From Puniceicoccales bacterium (lineage in GTDB: Bacteria > Verrucomicrobiota > Verrucomicrobiia > Opitutales > LL51), in the NCBI GenBank assembly GCA_031270475.1, contig JAISXO010000018.1:105-64104 (forward strand): a DNA stretch of 64,000 bases, read 5' to 3'. This document shows, piece after piece, positions 30,833-39,465 of this stretch (position 1 is the stretch's first letter; each line of letters starts with the position of its first letter). Made by a program: the position numbers and the translations under genes. Under the pieces are notes generated by a model. That model had not been told where the DNA came from, ran no database searches, and saw only the letters and a list, made by a program, of their open reading frames with translations.

Positions 30833-31681
30833 ATGGAAAGCATTAAAAATATTAACAAGCGAAGCATTAATCGTGGAATAAGCATAGAATTGCTCATATT
30901 TTTGGGATTTTCATGCATAAGTTTTGGAAGCAGTTTCGAAGACCAATGGGAACGCGAAGAAATGGCGTTAATGCTGTTTCAGCAGCATTCTAACAGGCAA
31001 AAAGAGCTATTCAACAATAATCCAGCACTCGACGATCCCAATATGCGCCTATTAGAAATTCAAACAAACATAACGTTTCTAAAGGGATTGCAAAATTTAT
31101 CTCAAAAAGCAAGAGAATACAAATTAAAAAGTCTACATAAGGAACTATGTCAGAAACATGAGCTGCGAAAGCAAGTGGCAGCCGATCCAGCAATGAAAAA
31201 AAAGGTGGATAAACAACGCCAACAACACGCAAATTGGTTAAAAACCTGTTTCCAATATTCCGATGAAGCATTGGCAGTTGAAAGGAATAAAATGCAAGCG
31301 CAATTACGTACAGAACAGAACAGCAAGAATCCGAATCTGAATCTTATCTCTTTGCTAAATTTTCGATTGTGTGAATTAGACGCATTGAGAAAAGTTAAAT
31401 CAAACATGAAGATGGAAGAATTAGAGAATTTATGTCAATGGCACCAAATAATCGAAGAATTACCGCTAGAGAAATCAAATGGAGAGTTCCAACAAAACTT
31501 GGATGCCATACAAAATATGTTAGACAGAAATCAAGAAAATCCAGAAACATTCTCACAATGGCTCGGCGGTCCCATAATGAATCTAGAAACCATACGCAAT
31601 CATCTACAAATAATGAGCCAACCTACAATAGACTTCGAAGAAAAACCTCTCTTCGCCTTTAGCCCCTTTGGCTTTGATTAG
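30833..31681 (+). CDS. Hypothetical coiled-coil protein with N-terminal hydrophobic leader
   Basis: 282 aa. The leader INKRSINRGISIELLIFLGFSCISFGSS resembles those of the genes at 31806 and 34105. The rest is Gln/Lys/Glu-rich and helical-looking. Confidence 0.45.
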   Translation: MESIKNINKRSINRGISIELLIFLGFSCISFGSSFEDQWEREEMALMLFQQHSNRQKELFNNNPALDDPNMRLLEIQTNITFLKGLQNLSQKAREYKLKSLHKELCQKHELRKQVAADPAMKKKVDKQRQQHANWLKTCFQYSDEALAVERNKMQAQLRTEQNSKNPNLNLISLLNFRLCELDALRKVKSNMKMEELENLCQWHQIIEELPLEKSNGEFQQNLDAIQNMLDRNQENPETFSQWLGGPIMNLETIRNHLQIMSQPTIDFEEKPLFAFSPFGFD

Positions 31682-31805
31682 TGGCCCTAAATCTCCAATG
31701 AGGAAAAAGTATATTGGGGATTATAGGAAATTAATTTTCTATTTTTTAAAATTTTTCTATTTCTTCCTGACACAGTTTTTATTCTTAGTAAAAAATAACG
31801 TCGTT

Positions 31806-32395
31806 ATGGAAAATACCAACATAAACATCCCTAAAATATGCGTGGGAATAGTTTCTTTTCTTGCGATTTCTGGATAGGTTTTGGCGTCGTTCCTGTGCCC
31901 CAAAGGACCGTTCATGTCCCTCAAAATCCGGAATGGACACACAAAGAATATGGAAAAATAATCAGAGCCTAATTCGCCAATCCCAATAAAACCACCGCTA
32001 GCATCATCGATAAGCTAATGAAAAAGAAGGCATTTTCGGGACGAACTTTCGAAGCAACTCGAAATGCTTTTACAAATACTCCAAAGGTTCGTGTTAAGAA
32101 TGGGGAATTATCTCGACATTTTAATAAAAGGTTAGCATATGAAAACAGATTGGTAAATAATCTCAAATGTCTGCGTCGGGAAGTAAAAAAATCTAGCAAT
32201 CCACCAAGTTTAGAACTCACGCTGGAAAACTATGGCAGTCCAATGACGATACATATTTATTGCAAACGGTATTTCCCTATAGCCAACAGGCCAATGGATC
32301 AGAGTTTTTCGCTTTTTAGACTGATTCATTACTGTCCACCCAAAACCTTTGGGAAGAAATGTTTCAGAATTGCAAACGCGTCTGAAGCGTCTTAA
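31806..32395 (+). pseudogene. Disrupted paralogue of the gene at 34105..35022
   Basis: MENTNINIPKICVGIVSFLAISG parallels MKNIHTNIHKISVGIISFFVVSGIGFG. There is a 1-nt loss in the G-run at 31872-31873 (ctgg-atagg versus ctgggatagg), then an in-frame TAA at 31970-31972. The same corrected frame continues into track ORF 32018..32395. The upstream promoter-like sequence is also similar. Confidence 0.55.
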
Positions 32396-32676
32396 TCAAG
32401 CTTCAATACGTGTTTTCGGAAGAGATTGCTGTCAAATTATTTTGTAACCACCCAAGCCCTTCAGCCAGCTATGGAAGCGTTCCTAAACATCCCTCCCGAT
32501 TCGAAAGAATTTATTAGGGCAAAGAGAGCGGAGGTCCTGAAAACTTTTATCGCAAATGAACAACAAGCGTCACGCCTTCAACTTCTTCGTGAAGCAATGA
32601 CAGTGATATGGCAGGGAAATAAGGGATCTTGATAATATTGACTTCCATTTTTTGGAAAAGTTGTTCTATAGGTCGC

Positions 32677-33465
32677 ATGGGCCTATTTGATTTCGCAGGG
32701 AAAACGTTTTTAGTTATGGGCGTTGCTAATAAAAAAAGTATCGCCTGGGGTATCGCGCAATCTCTCGAAAAATCAGGAGCCCATGTGATTTATAGCGTGC
32801 GTTCTGAAAAGCGCTTCGAATCACTGAAAGAACTATTAAAAGATCGCGAAATATATGTTTGTGATGTCGAAAATTCAGAAGAAATTCAACAACTCGCAGC
32901 ATCGATCTCGGAAAAACATTCTCAGATTAATGGATTTGTCCATTCAATCGCATTCGGCAATTATTCAGAAGGCTTCAGGCCCTTCCACGAAACCAAACGT
33001 ACTGATTTTTTACAAGCAACGACAATTTCTTGCTTTTCGCTGATAGAAATTGCGAACGCACTCAAACATCTATTGGCACGGGATGCATCCGTCGTAACTA
33101 TTGGCATTTCTTCGCAGGTTGCAGCTCCGGCTTACGGCTACATGTCTCCGATTAAAGCGGCTTTGGAGAGCGCCGTGCGGTTTTTAGCCAAATCGTTTAG
33201 CAAAGGCCGTGAAGTGCGCTTCAACTGTGTCAAAGCGGGGCCGCTAAAAACGAGTGCTTCAGCAGGAATTCCAGGGTACATTGCCAATTATCTATACGCC
33301 GAAAAAATGACACTCCGCAAACGTGCAATCACAACACAGGAAGTTGCCAATGCAGCATTATTCTTGCTCAGCGACCTATCGAGCGGGATTAATGGCCAGG
33401 GAATAGTCGTCAATGCCGGCATGGATTTTAATTACTTCGACGAAGAACTGGTAAACCTTAACTAG
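32677..33465 (+). CDS. fabI: Enoyl-ACP reductase (NADH), FabI
   Basis: Starts at MGLFDFAGKTFLVMGVANKKSIAWGIAQSL. Also has YGYMSPIKAALESAVRFLA (Tyr/Lys catalytic context) and SGINGQGIVVNAGMDF. Confidence 0.88.
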   Translation: MGLFDFAGKTFLVMGVANKKSIAWGIAQSLEKSGAHVIYSVRSEKRFESLKELLKDREIYVCDVENSEEIQQLAASISEKHSQINGFVHSIAFGNYSEGFRPFHETKRTDFLQATTISCFSLIEIANALKHLLARDASVVTIGISSQVAAPAYGYMSPIKAALESAVRFLAKSFSKGREVRFNCVKAGPLKTSASAGIPGYIANYLYAEKMTLRKRAITTQEVANAALFLLSDLSSGINGQGIVVNAGMDFNYFDEELVNLN

Positions 33466-34104
33466 TTCTTGGAAAAAATTTTACTCTCCTGCTTGATACG
33501 CTTCTCTTTTTCTGGGATAAAGAGCACATTATGAAAAATACATCTGTTGTTCTTTCAATCGGTCTATTTTCTGTTTTACCGAAAACGTCATTGAATGAGG
33601 AAGATCACTGCCATCGCAGCTGCCCTTATTCCATCCGACAAGTATACCTTCTTTTAAAACGATAAATCAATATGATTTGCCCTTAGACCCCTTAAATGAA
33701 TGGTCCCTCAAAAGTGTACAGCAATGGGAAAAAATCGCCAAACAAAATCTGGCAATATGGCGGAGAACTTCTCCGCGTCCATACCTTTAGTAATCTCAAA
33801 AACCAAGCGGAACTTATCCAAGCTGCGATTTGTTACGGCCAAATCCCCGAAAATGATCAAACAATATTCATAAACATATTTTCAACTAGCGACGATTTTA
33901 AAGATCTATCCGATGAGCCATTGAAAACACTTTTGACAGTAACCCAACATGCTGAAAACTGGCAGTGAAAAGCTTTCAATTTTTAATAATACTATATTTG
34001 CGATATTTTTAATCTTCATTACTCAAATTCGAGCAGAATTGCTAAGAAATTTTTTGTTTTTTGTTTGACATAGTTTTCTTCTTTTTGAAAGAAACAACAC
34101 CGTT

Positions 34105-35022
34105 ATGAAAAATATCCATACAAATATCCATAAAATAAGTGTGGGAATAATTTCTTTTTTCGTAGTTTCTGGGATAGGTTTTGGCTCCGCTCCAGGCTTT
34201 CCCCCTTTTCTCGCGTTTTCTGAGATAGGGCTACCCTCTGTTTCAGAGCCGTTCTTTGCAACATCCCAAAATACCTATGGACATGAAAATTCATGGACGC
34301 GTGAAGAACTTAAAGCATTACTCAGATCCATATTTGACCCCAATGCAGCAAAAATGACTAAAGCCAAAATTGCTAACCAGCTGATACAGAACGGCCTTGT
34401 AAATCACACTCAACGGTCAACTGAAACTTGCATCACTTCTATAAAAGGGATTCTTAAGAAGGGTCCTATGTTACTAAATCGTCTCATTTATTTATTTGCA
34501 CAGCCTTTTCTAAATCGTCAAGGAAGAGCTGAACGGGAAGGCATTCTTGCGGACTTAGAGAAAATAATAAATAGTAAAGAACGTGGTTATTCCGAAAAAA
34601 CTCTAGATAACCTTCCCTCCTACAATAGAGCAATATGGCCTGATAAAGAGATTATAAGGATGTTACAAATAGCGGATGCGAATCAACTGTCATTGCAGAC
34701 AGAAGAAAATTCGATTGTTCTTTGGCCCCAGACAAAGGTAGCGGTTTTTGCAGTATTAAGGGAAAAAAACATCACTGCAGTGAAAATCTTCTATTCAGCC
34801 TTTAATCAAGCCTGTAAAGCTCGTTATGGGGTGAATCTTTTTGATTATACCAATAGCCAAATAAAAGAAAAAGGATACGAAAATCTTCCGCGGAATCAAG
34901 CCGTGAAACTTGTTTGGAAGCCGCTTATCAAATCTATTCGAGCAGAAATGAGGTGGCAGCGCAAGGGAAGTTATGAAAAGAGAAAGCAAAAACCAAGTAG
35001 CACAGCACAAGTGGCGGATTAA
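34105..35022 (+). CDS. Hypothetical protein with conserved N-terminal hydrophobic leader (intact family member)
   Basis: 305 aa. Leader is MKNIHTNIHKISVGIISFFVVSGIGFGSAPG. No recognisable domain. Confidence 0.5.
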   Translation: MKNIHTNIHKISVGIISFFVVSGIGFGSAPGFPPFLAFSEIGLPSVSEPFFATSQNTYGHENSWTREELKALLRSIFDPNAAKMTKAKIANQLIQNGLVNHTQRSTETCITSIKGILKKGPMLLNRLIYLFAQPFLNRQGRAEREGILADLEKIINSKERGYSEKTLDNLPSYNRAIWPDKEIIRMLQIADANQLSLQTEENSIVLWPQTKVAVFAVLREKNITAVKIFYSAFNQACKARYGVNLFDYTNSQIKEKGYENLPRNQAVKLVWKPLIKSIRAEMRWQRKGSYEKRKQKPSSTAQVAD

Positions 35023-35151
35023 TGCCTAGGTTGTCGCAAGACTGGTAGGAAACGATTTTTTCAATCGATAAACGATTTTTAGATAAAAATTGATAAATAA
35101 AAGGCCCATCACTCCGAAATCTTGAGGGAATTAATGGCCCGTAAATCCCTA

Positions 35152-35982
35152 TCATTCCTGGGAAGCTAAATATTCTCGACGTAAAAGACGATAGAATTTC
35201 ATGTTTTCGTATTTGCCTTCTTTTTTACAGAAATCATCTTTTTCACATTCCAATTTGAATCCGCACTTCTCAATAACACGTTGTGACCCAATATTGACAT
35301 TTAAATGATTGATATCCAAACGATTGAGGCCTAAATCCCGGAAAATATAGTCGACAACACGCCTGGCTACCTCCGTCATATACCCCTTGTTCCAATATTT
35401 TTTCGCTAACCAAAAGTGCATTTCAGCCCGATCGTGGGCGTGCTCTAACGTAAGGCCAATGCCTCCAATGAATCGATCTTCCCCTGGCAATGTAATCGCC
35501 CAATATAAAGAATGCCCCATCTCCATGGCGTAATTCAAATTCATCATATATATTTTTACACGATCGCGATCAAATGGCCAAGGCATAAAAGCAAGCATAT
35601 ATACCGTCTCGTAATCCGAAAAGACTTCCGTCAAATCATCCCAATCCTTCGAATGTATAGCACGTAAAACTAGGCGCTCCGTTCCCAAAACAGGAGCTAT
35701 TCCTAACCCCTTGAAATTTGGATCGCTTTCGAGGACAGGATGCTTCGCCTTTTCCTCTAGTACTCGCAAAACCTCCGACCCGGGATTGAGAACATATTTT
35801 TCAGGACCAAAACTTTTCTCCGCAGAAATCGCCCTATCACTTCGCGGAACACAATGGATCGGGAAAAACTTGTTCCCTACCGTTCTCTTCCCAATGGCAA
35901 AGCCAGCCAAAGCAATCAAAAAAGCAGTAACACCAATCCAATAATAACGTCTTGATTTTTTATTCATATTATTTTTCTCCAA
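35152..35982 (-). CDS. GNAT family N-acetyltransferase (RimJ/RimL-like) with N-terminal membrane anchor
   Basis: 276 aa. TM segment YYWIGVTAFLIALAGFAIG, then an Acetyltransf_3-like core (RLVLRAIHSKDWDDL...YWAITL...FIGGIGL...EMHFWLAKKYWNKGYMTE...NIGSQRVIEKCGFKLE). It is a paralogue of 36015..36581. Confidence 0.75.
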   Translation of the reverse strand: MEKNNMNKKSRRYYWIGVTAFLIALAGFAIGKRTVGNKFFPIHCVPRSDRAISAEKSFGPEKYVLNPGSEVLRVLEEKAKHPVLESDPNFKGLGIAPVLGTERLVLRAIHSKDWDDLTEVFSDYETVYMLAFMPWPFDRDRVKIYMMNLNYAMEMGHSLYWAITLPGEDRFIGGIGLTLEHAHDRAEMHFWLAKKYWNKGYMTEVARRVVDYIFRDLGLNRLDINHLNVNIGSQRVIEKCGFKLECEKDDFCKKEGKYENMKFYRLLRREYLASQE

Positions 35983-36014
35983 TTATGGTAATCATAAACA
36001 ACAAAAAATTCAAT

Positions 36015-36581
36015 TCATGCCTTAAATTCTCCGCGTAACTGACTGTAAAATTTCACATCTTCAAATTGTCCAAAACGTTTCACGTAGGCGCGTAACATAC
36101 CTTCAAACTTAAAGCCACACTTTTCAATGACACGCTGCGAACGGATATTGCGTATCATATGATTTACTTCAAGACGATTTAATTTCAAATCTTCAAAGGC
36201 GTATCTCACGATGCGACGGGCAGTTTCTGTTCCGTAACCTTGCCCCCAATACTCTTTTCCAAACCAATAATGCAACTCCGCCTTTTCATGTTCCGGAAAA
36301 ATCGATAACCCTACCGTCCCGATAAATACATTCTTCCTATCGTGGATTCCCCAAAAACAACCCACACCTGCCGCACACATATTATTGATGTGGTTGGCCC
36401 AATTGGCAGCGGCTTGAACCGTATAAGGCCAGGGCGCATAGGTTAACATCCAAACGGTTTCATAATCAGAGAGCAGATTAATGATAGCACCTAAGTCTTC
36501 TTCCCGTATTGGTTGTAACGTCAGGCGCTCCGAGGATACAACAGGACAATTCGCTAAGCCACTCGTATTAACAATGGACAT
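36015..36581 (-). CDS. GNAT family N-acetyltransferase (RimJ/RimL-like)
   Basis: 188 aa. ERLTLQPIREEDLGAI...FWGIHDRKNVFIGTVGLSIFPEHEKAELHYWFGKEYWGQGYGTE...NIRSQRVIEKCGFKFEG. Confidence 0.8.
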   Translation of the reverse strand: MSIVNTSGLANCPVVSSERLTLQPIREEDLGAIINLLSDYETVWMLTYAPWPYTVQAAANWANHINNMCAAGVGCFWGIHDRKNVFIGTVGLSIFPEHEKAELHYWFGKEYWGQGYGTETARRIVRYAFEDLKLNRLEVNHMIRNIRSQRVIEKCGFKFEGMLRAYVKRFGQFEDVKFYSQLRGEFKA

Positions 36582-36593
36582 TTCCTCTTTTCA

Positions 36594-37088
36594 TTAGGCT
36601 CCAAACATCATCATTCCCGGCATACCAATACCGCCATCAGCCGCAATGGCACTTCCTTCGGCTTCGCTATCGGTCATCGCCATCCATTCTTCGAAGCGTT
36701 TCGTATCCCAATGTTCCATTGCACTGACAAATTTCTCTAAAATATTGTAAAAAATATCATTATCAAGCATATTCATATCGCAATATTGTGTCAGTAAAAG
36801 TGTACCATCGGATGGATCGAGCGAAACATTTGCACCGGCCGTATCGCGCCAAAAATGACAACTTTCAAGAATTCCACGGTAAAAAACTGCCTCATCTGCT
36901 GGTAATGCACCGATATAAGCCAAAAAACAAAGTTGTTCTTTTTCAATATCAATGGAACATTTAACAAAATATTTTCCATCAAAAGCAAGATAACAGTCGT
37001 TACTTTCATCCAAGTCCAGTCCTTCGATTTTCAATTTGTCACCAAGTATTTGAACATACGTCCTAAAAGTATCCAAACAATTTTCCAT
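36594..37088 (-). CDS. Type III secretion class I chaperone (CesT-like)
   Basis: Starts at MENCLDTFRTYVQILGDKLKIEGLDLDESNDCYLAFDGKYFVKCSIDIEKEQLCFLAYIGALPAD...VSLDPSDGTLLLTQY...LEKFVSAMEHW. Acidic and about 164 aa. Its stop lies 13 nt upstream of the GNAT start. Confidence 0.65.
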   Translation of the reverse strand: MENCLDTFRTYVQILGDKLKIEGLDLDESNDCYLAFDGKYFVKCSIDIEKEQLCFLAYIGALPADEAVFYRGILESCHFWRDTAGANVSLDPSDGTLLLTQYCDMNMLDNDIFYNILEKFVSAMEHWDTKRFEEWMAMTDSEAEGSAIAADGGIGMPGMMMFGA

Positions 37089-37214
37089 ATTATGTCCCAA
37101 GAATATATTTTTTTCGCAAAAAAACAATCCAAAATTTAACAATGATATTTATTCTTTAAAAATATATCCATCGATTTAAAATAAATTTAATTTAAAATTT
37201 TCACCATCAAGGAA

Positions 37215-37976
37215 ATGATCGCCTTGTCTTCAATTTATTTGTTTGAAAATATTCTTCAAGGATTTTACTCAGCTTCCATGCGTGTTTGTGTCAACTGGCT
37301 ATCACCCACTAAAAAATTACTCGTAAAATTACTCGCTATCCCACTGAAAATATGGTCGAAAACCCTTCGCATCGAAATCGATGAAAAAAGCTTACAACTA
37401 CTTAAAACCTATTGCCATACGCCGAAAGTGTGCGCTCTGTGGCATAATCGGCTTTTTATCGCCTCCTACCTTTTTCAAAAATATTTCCAAGGAACCAAAA
37501 TGTATGGGTTGATTAGTCCGAGTCGAGACGGCGCATGGCTATCAGAAATCTATCGCAACATTGGGATCCATGCAATTCGCGGATCGACGCAGCGTGGCGG
37601 TCGCAATGCTCTTCTCGAGATGGCCGATGTCATTAGGGGAGGCCATACGGTCACAATTACCCCCGATGGCCCCCGTGGTCCGCGATATTTAGTCAAGCCT
37701 GGGATCGCCATGCTCGCCATGGAAACACATGTCCCCATCCTACTTGCAGGCATACACATGCACCACGCTTGGCGGTTTAGTTCGTGGGATCGGTTTTATT
37801 TACCCAAACCGTTTTCACGCATTTCGATTACGTTTCGCGTGATTTTGCCGGAGCAATATGCCACGCGTAACGTCGAACAACTGCAAAAGTCTATCCAAAA
37901 TGTTCTCTGCAAAATAAATGCCAAGTCGCTCCCAAAGTATATTTCTACAGCCCCCATTCCAACCGCCGTTTGTTAA
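37215..37976 (+). CDS. DUF374-type lysophospholipid-acyltransferase-like protein
   Basis: ISPSRDGAWLSEIYRNIGIHAIRGSTQRGGRNALLEMADVIRGGHTVTITPDGPRGPRY is the DUF374 core as I recall it. Confidence 0.6.
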   Translation: MIALSSIYLFENILQGFYSASMRVCVNWLSPTKKLLVKLLAIPLKIWSKTLRIEIDEKSLQLLKTYCHTPKVCALWHNRLFIASYLFQKYFQGTKMYGLISPSRDGAWLSEIYRNIGIHAIRGSTQRGGRNALLEMADVIRGGHTVTITPDGPRGPRYLVKPGIAMLAMETHVPILLAGIHMHHAWRFSSWDRFYLPKPFSRISITFRVILPEQYATRNVEQLQKSIQNVLCKINAKSLPKYISTAPIPTAVC

Positions 37977-38032
37977 ACTTTTCGGAAAAAAACTTTTTTT
38001 TCGAGAAATTGGATTTTTTTCAAAAAAAGTAC

Positions 38033-38061
38033 TTGACAAGGCCAAGTGACGCTGCTATTTC
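38033..38061 (+). promoter_or_regulatory. Putative sigma70-type promoter of rpsT
   Basis: TTGACA (38033-38038), a 17-nt spacer, then TATTTC (38056-38061). An AAGGAG RBS sits at 38081-38086 before the ATG at 38094. Confidence 0.4.
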
Positions 38062-38093
38062 TTTTCCCATAATTTAATTTAAGGAGAAATAGG

Positions 38094-38345
38094 ATGGCTA
38101 ACAATAAAGCGTCGTTGAAGAGTATTAAGCAAACGGGTAGGCGTACGGAAAGGAATCGTATGATTATCAGTCGGCTGCGGACACAGTTTAAGAAGGTGAT
38201 GGCACTCGCTAAAAGCGGTGATAGTGCCGTTCGAGAAGCAGCAATTGAGTATGTTTCATACTTGGATAAGGCAGCGAAGGTTTGCGTCATCCATCATAAT
38301 AAGGCTTCGCGTCATAAGAGCATGATGGCTAAGTTTATATTTTAA
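38094..38345 (+). CDS. rpsT: 30S ribosomal protein S20
   Basis: 83 aa. MANNKASLKSIKQTGRRTERNRMIISRLRT...AKVCVIHHNKASRHKS. Confidence 0.92.
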   Translation: MANNKASLKSIKQTGRRTERNRMIISRLRTQFKKVMALAKSGDSAVREAAIEYVSYLDKAAKVCVIHHNKASRHKSMMAKFIF

Positions 38346-38371
38346 AGAATTTCCCATCCATATCCCATCCA

Positions 38372-38399
38372 GCCCTCGGTTGAAAGACCGAGGGCCTTT
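38372..38399 (+). terminator. Intrinsic terminator after rpsT
   Basis: A 9-bp stem GCCCTCGGT / ACCGAGGGC with a 6-nt loop, followed by CTTT. Confidence 0.6.
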
Positions 38400-38546
38400 G
38401 GTGGAAGAAGTTCCTCCGGAGTTGTTTTTCCCCTTTTCTCAATGTTGTCGTTGAATATTTATACCATGAAAAATTACTTTCTAAATCTTTGTAATTATTT
38501 TCTTGCTTTTCATTCTATTTCTTTAAGTTGAGCCCTATTCAAGGAA

Positions 38547-39356
38547 TTGATGATGGATAATTGGAAAGATTTATTCGTTGTATCCACGCTTTATAGTGGA
38601 TTGTCGTTACACGCATTAGAACCCGTAGTTGTAGAAGAAGCACTTTTCGCATCTTTGCCAGAAGCACCCGCCAAGAATGTCTTATCTACTACTGTTGGGC
38701 AAAATACCCAGCATGATCGTCATTGGCAAGCTTACGGTCAATTTATTTTTTACAACACAGGACTTACCAGCTTCGGTCTAACTGCTCAGGAATTTGAGCA
38801 GATTATCGCCGGCATGAAATCCGCACTTAATGGCGAAAACCCTATTCTAAGCACGAAGGAGGAAATAAACAAGATGCAGCAATTTTTGGAAGACAAAGAA
38901 AAAGAACAAGTTGCAAATAATAAAAAACTCGGCGACGTGTTCTTGAAGGCAAAGTTAGCTGAACAAGGGTTCCAAAAAACACCTTCCGGAGTGGTTTACA
39001 AAATTATCCAACCAGGCAATGCGAAGCGTGCCAATGATGATTCTAACATCAGCATTGATTATATAGGAAAGTCAACCAATGGGAAAGTTTTCGAAAGCAC
39101 ATACGAGCGCAACGAAAAAGCCGTTGTCTATGTGGGCTCGCTCGTTCCCGGCTTTAGCGAAATAGTTAAACTAATCGGTGAAGGTGGCGAAGTGCAAGCT
39201 TTTATTCCGCCAGATTTAGCCTATGGAGATGAAACCGTTGGACCAATTCCCGGTGGATCGGTTTTAGATTTTTCCATTAAAGTTCATGAAATCATTCAAC
39301 CAATGTTGAAAATTGAAGAGCCAAAAGGAATTGACTTGAAAACTCTTTTAAAATAA
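38547..39356 (+). CDS. FKBP-type peptidyl-prolyl isomerase (Mip-like)
   Basis: The C-terminal FKBP domain is VVYKIIQPGNAKRANDDSNISIDYIGKSTNGKVFESTY...VPGFSEIVKLIGEGGEVQAFIPPDLAYGD. It is preceded by a long-helix region as in Mip proteins. Confidence 0.85.
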   Translation: MMMDNWKDLFVVSTLYSGLSLHALEPVVVEEALFASLPEAPAKNVLSTTVGQNTQHDRHWQAYGQFIFYNTGLTSFGLTAQEFEQIIAGMKSALNGENPILSTKEEINKMQQFLEDKEKEQVANNKKLGDVFLKAKLAEQGFQKTPSGVVYKIIQPGNAKRANDDSNISIDYIGKSTNGKVFESTYERNEKAVVYVGSLVPGFSEIVKLIGEGGEVQAFIPPDLAYGDETVGPIPGGSVLDFSIKVHEIIQPMLKIEEPKGIDLKTLLK

Positions 39357-39378
39357 AATTTACTAGTCTATGTGTGAC

Positions 39379-39410
39379 GGGCCTGCTCTGAAGAGCAGGC
39401 CCTTTGGGTT
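39379..39410. terminator. Intrinsic terminator hairpin between convergent genes
   Basis: A 10-bp stem GGGCCTGCTC / GAGCAGGCCC with loop TGAA, followed by TTTGGGTT. Confidence 0.65.
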
Positions 39411-39465
39411 ATGATGGATGGTTTTTTTGTTTTACGGGAAATCCTTCCCGGAAAAGTTTTTACAA

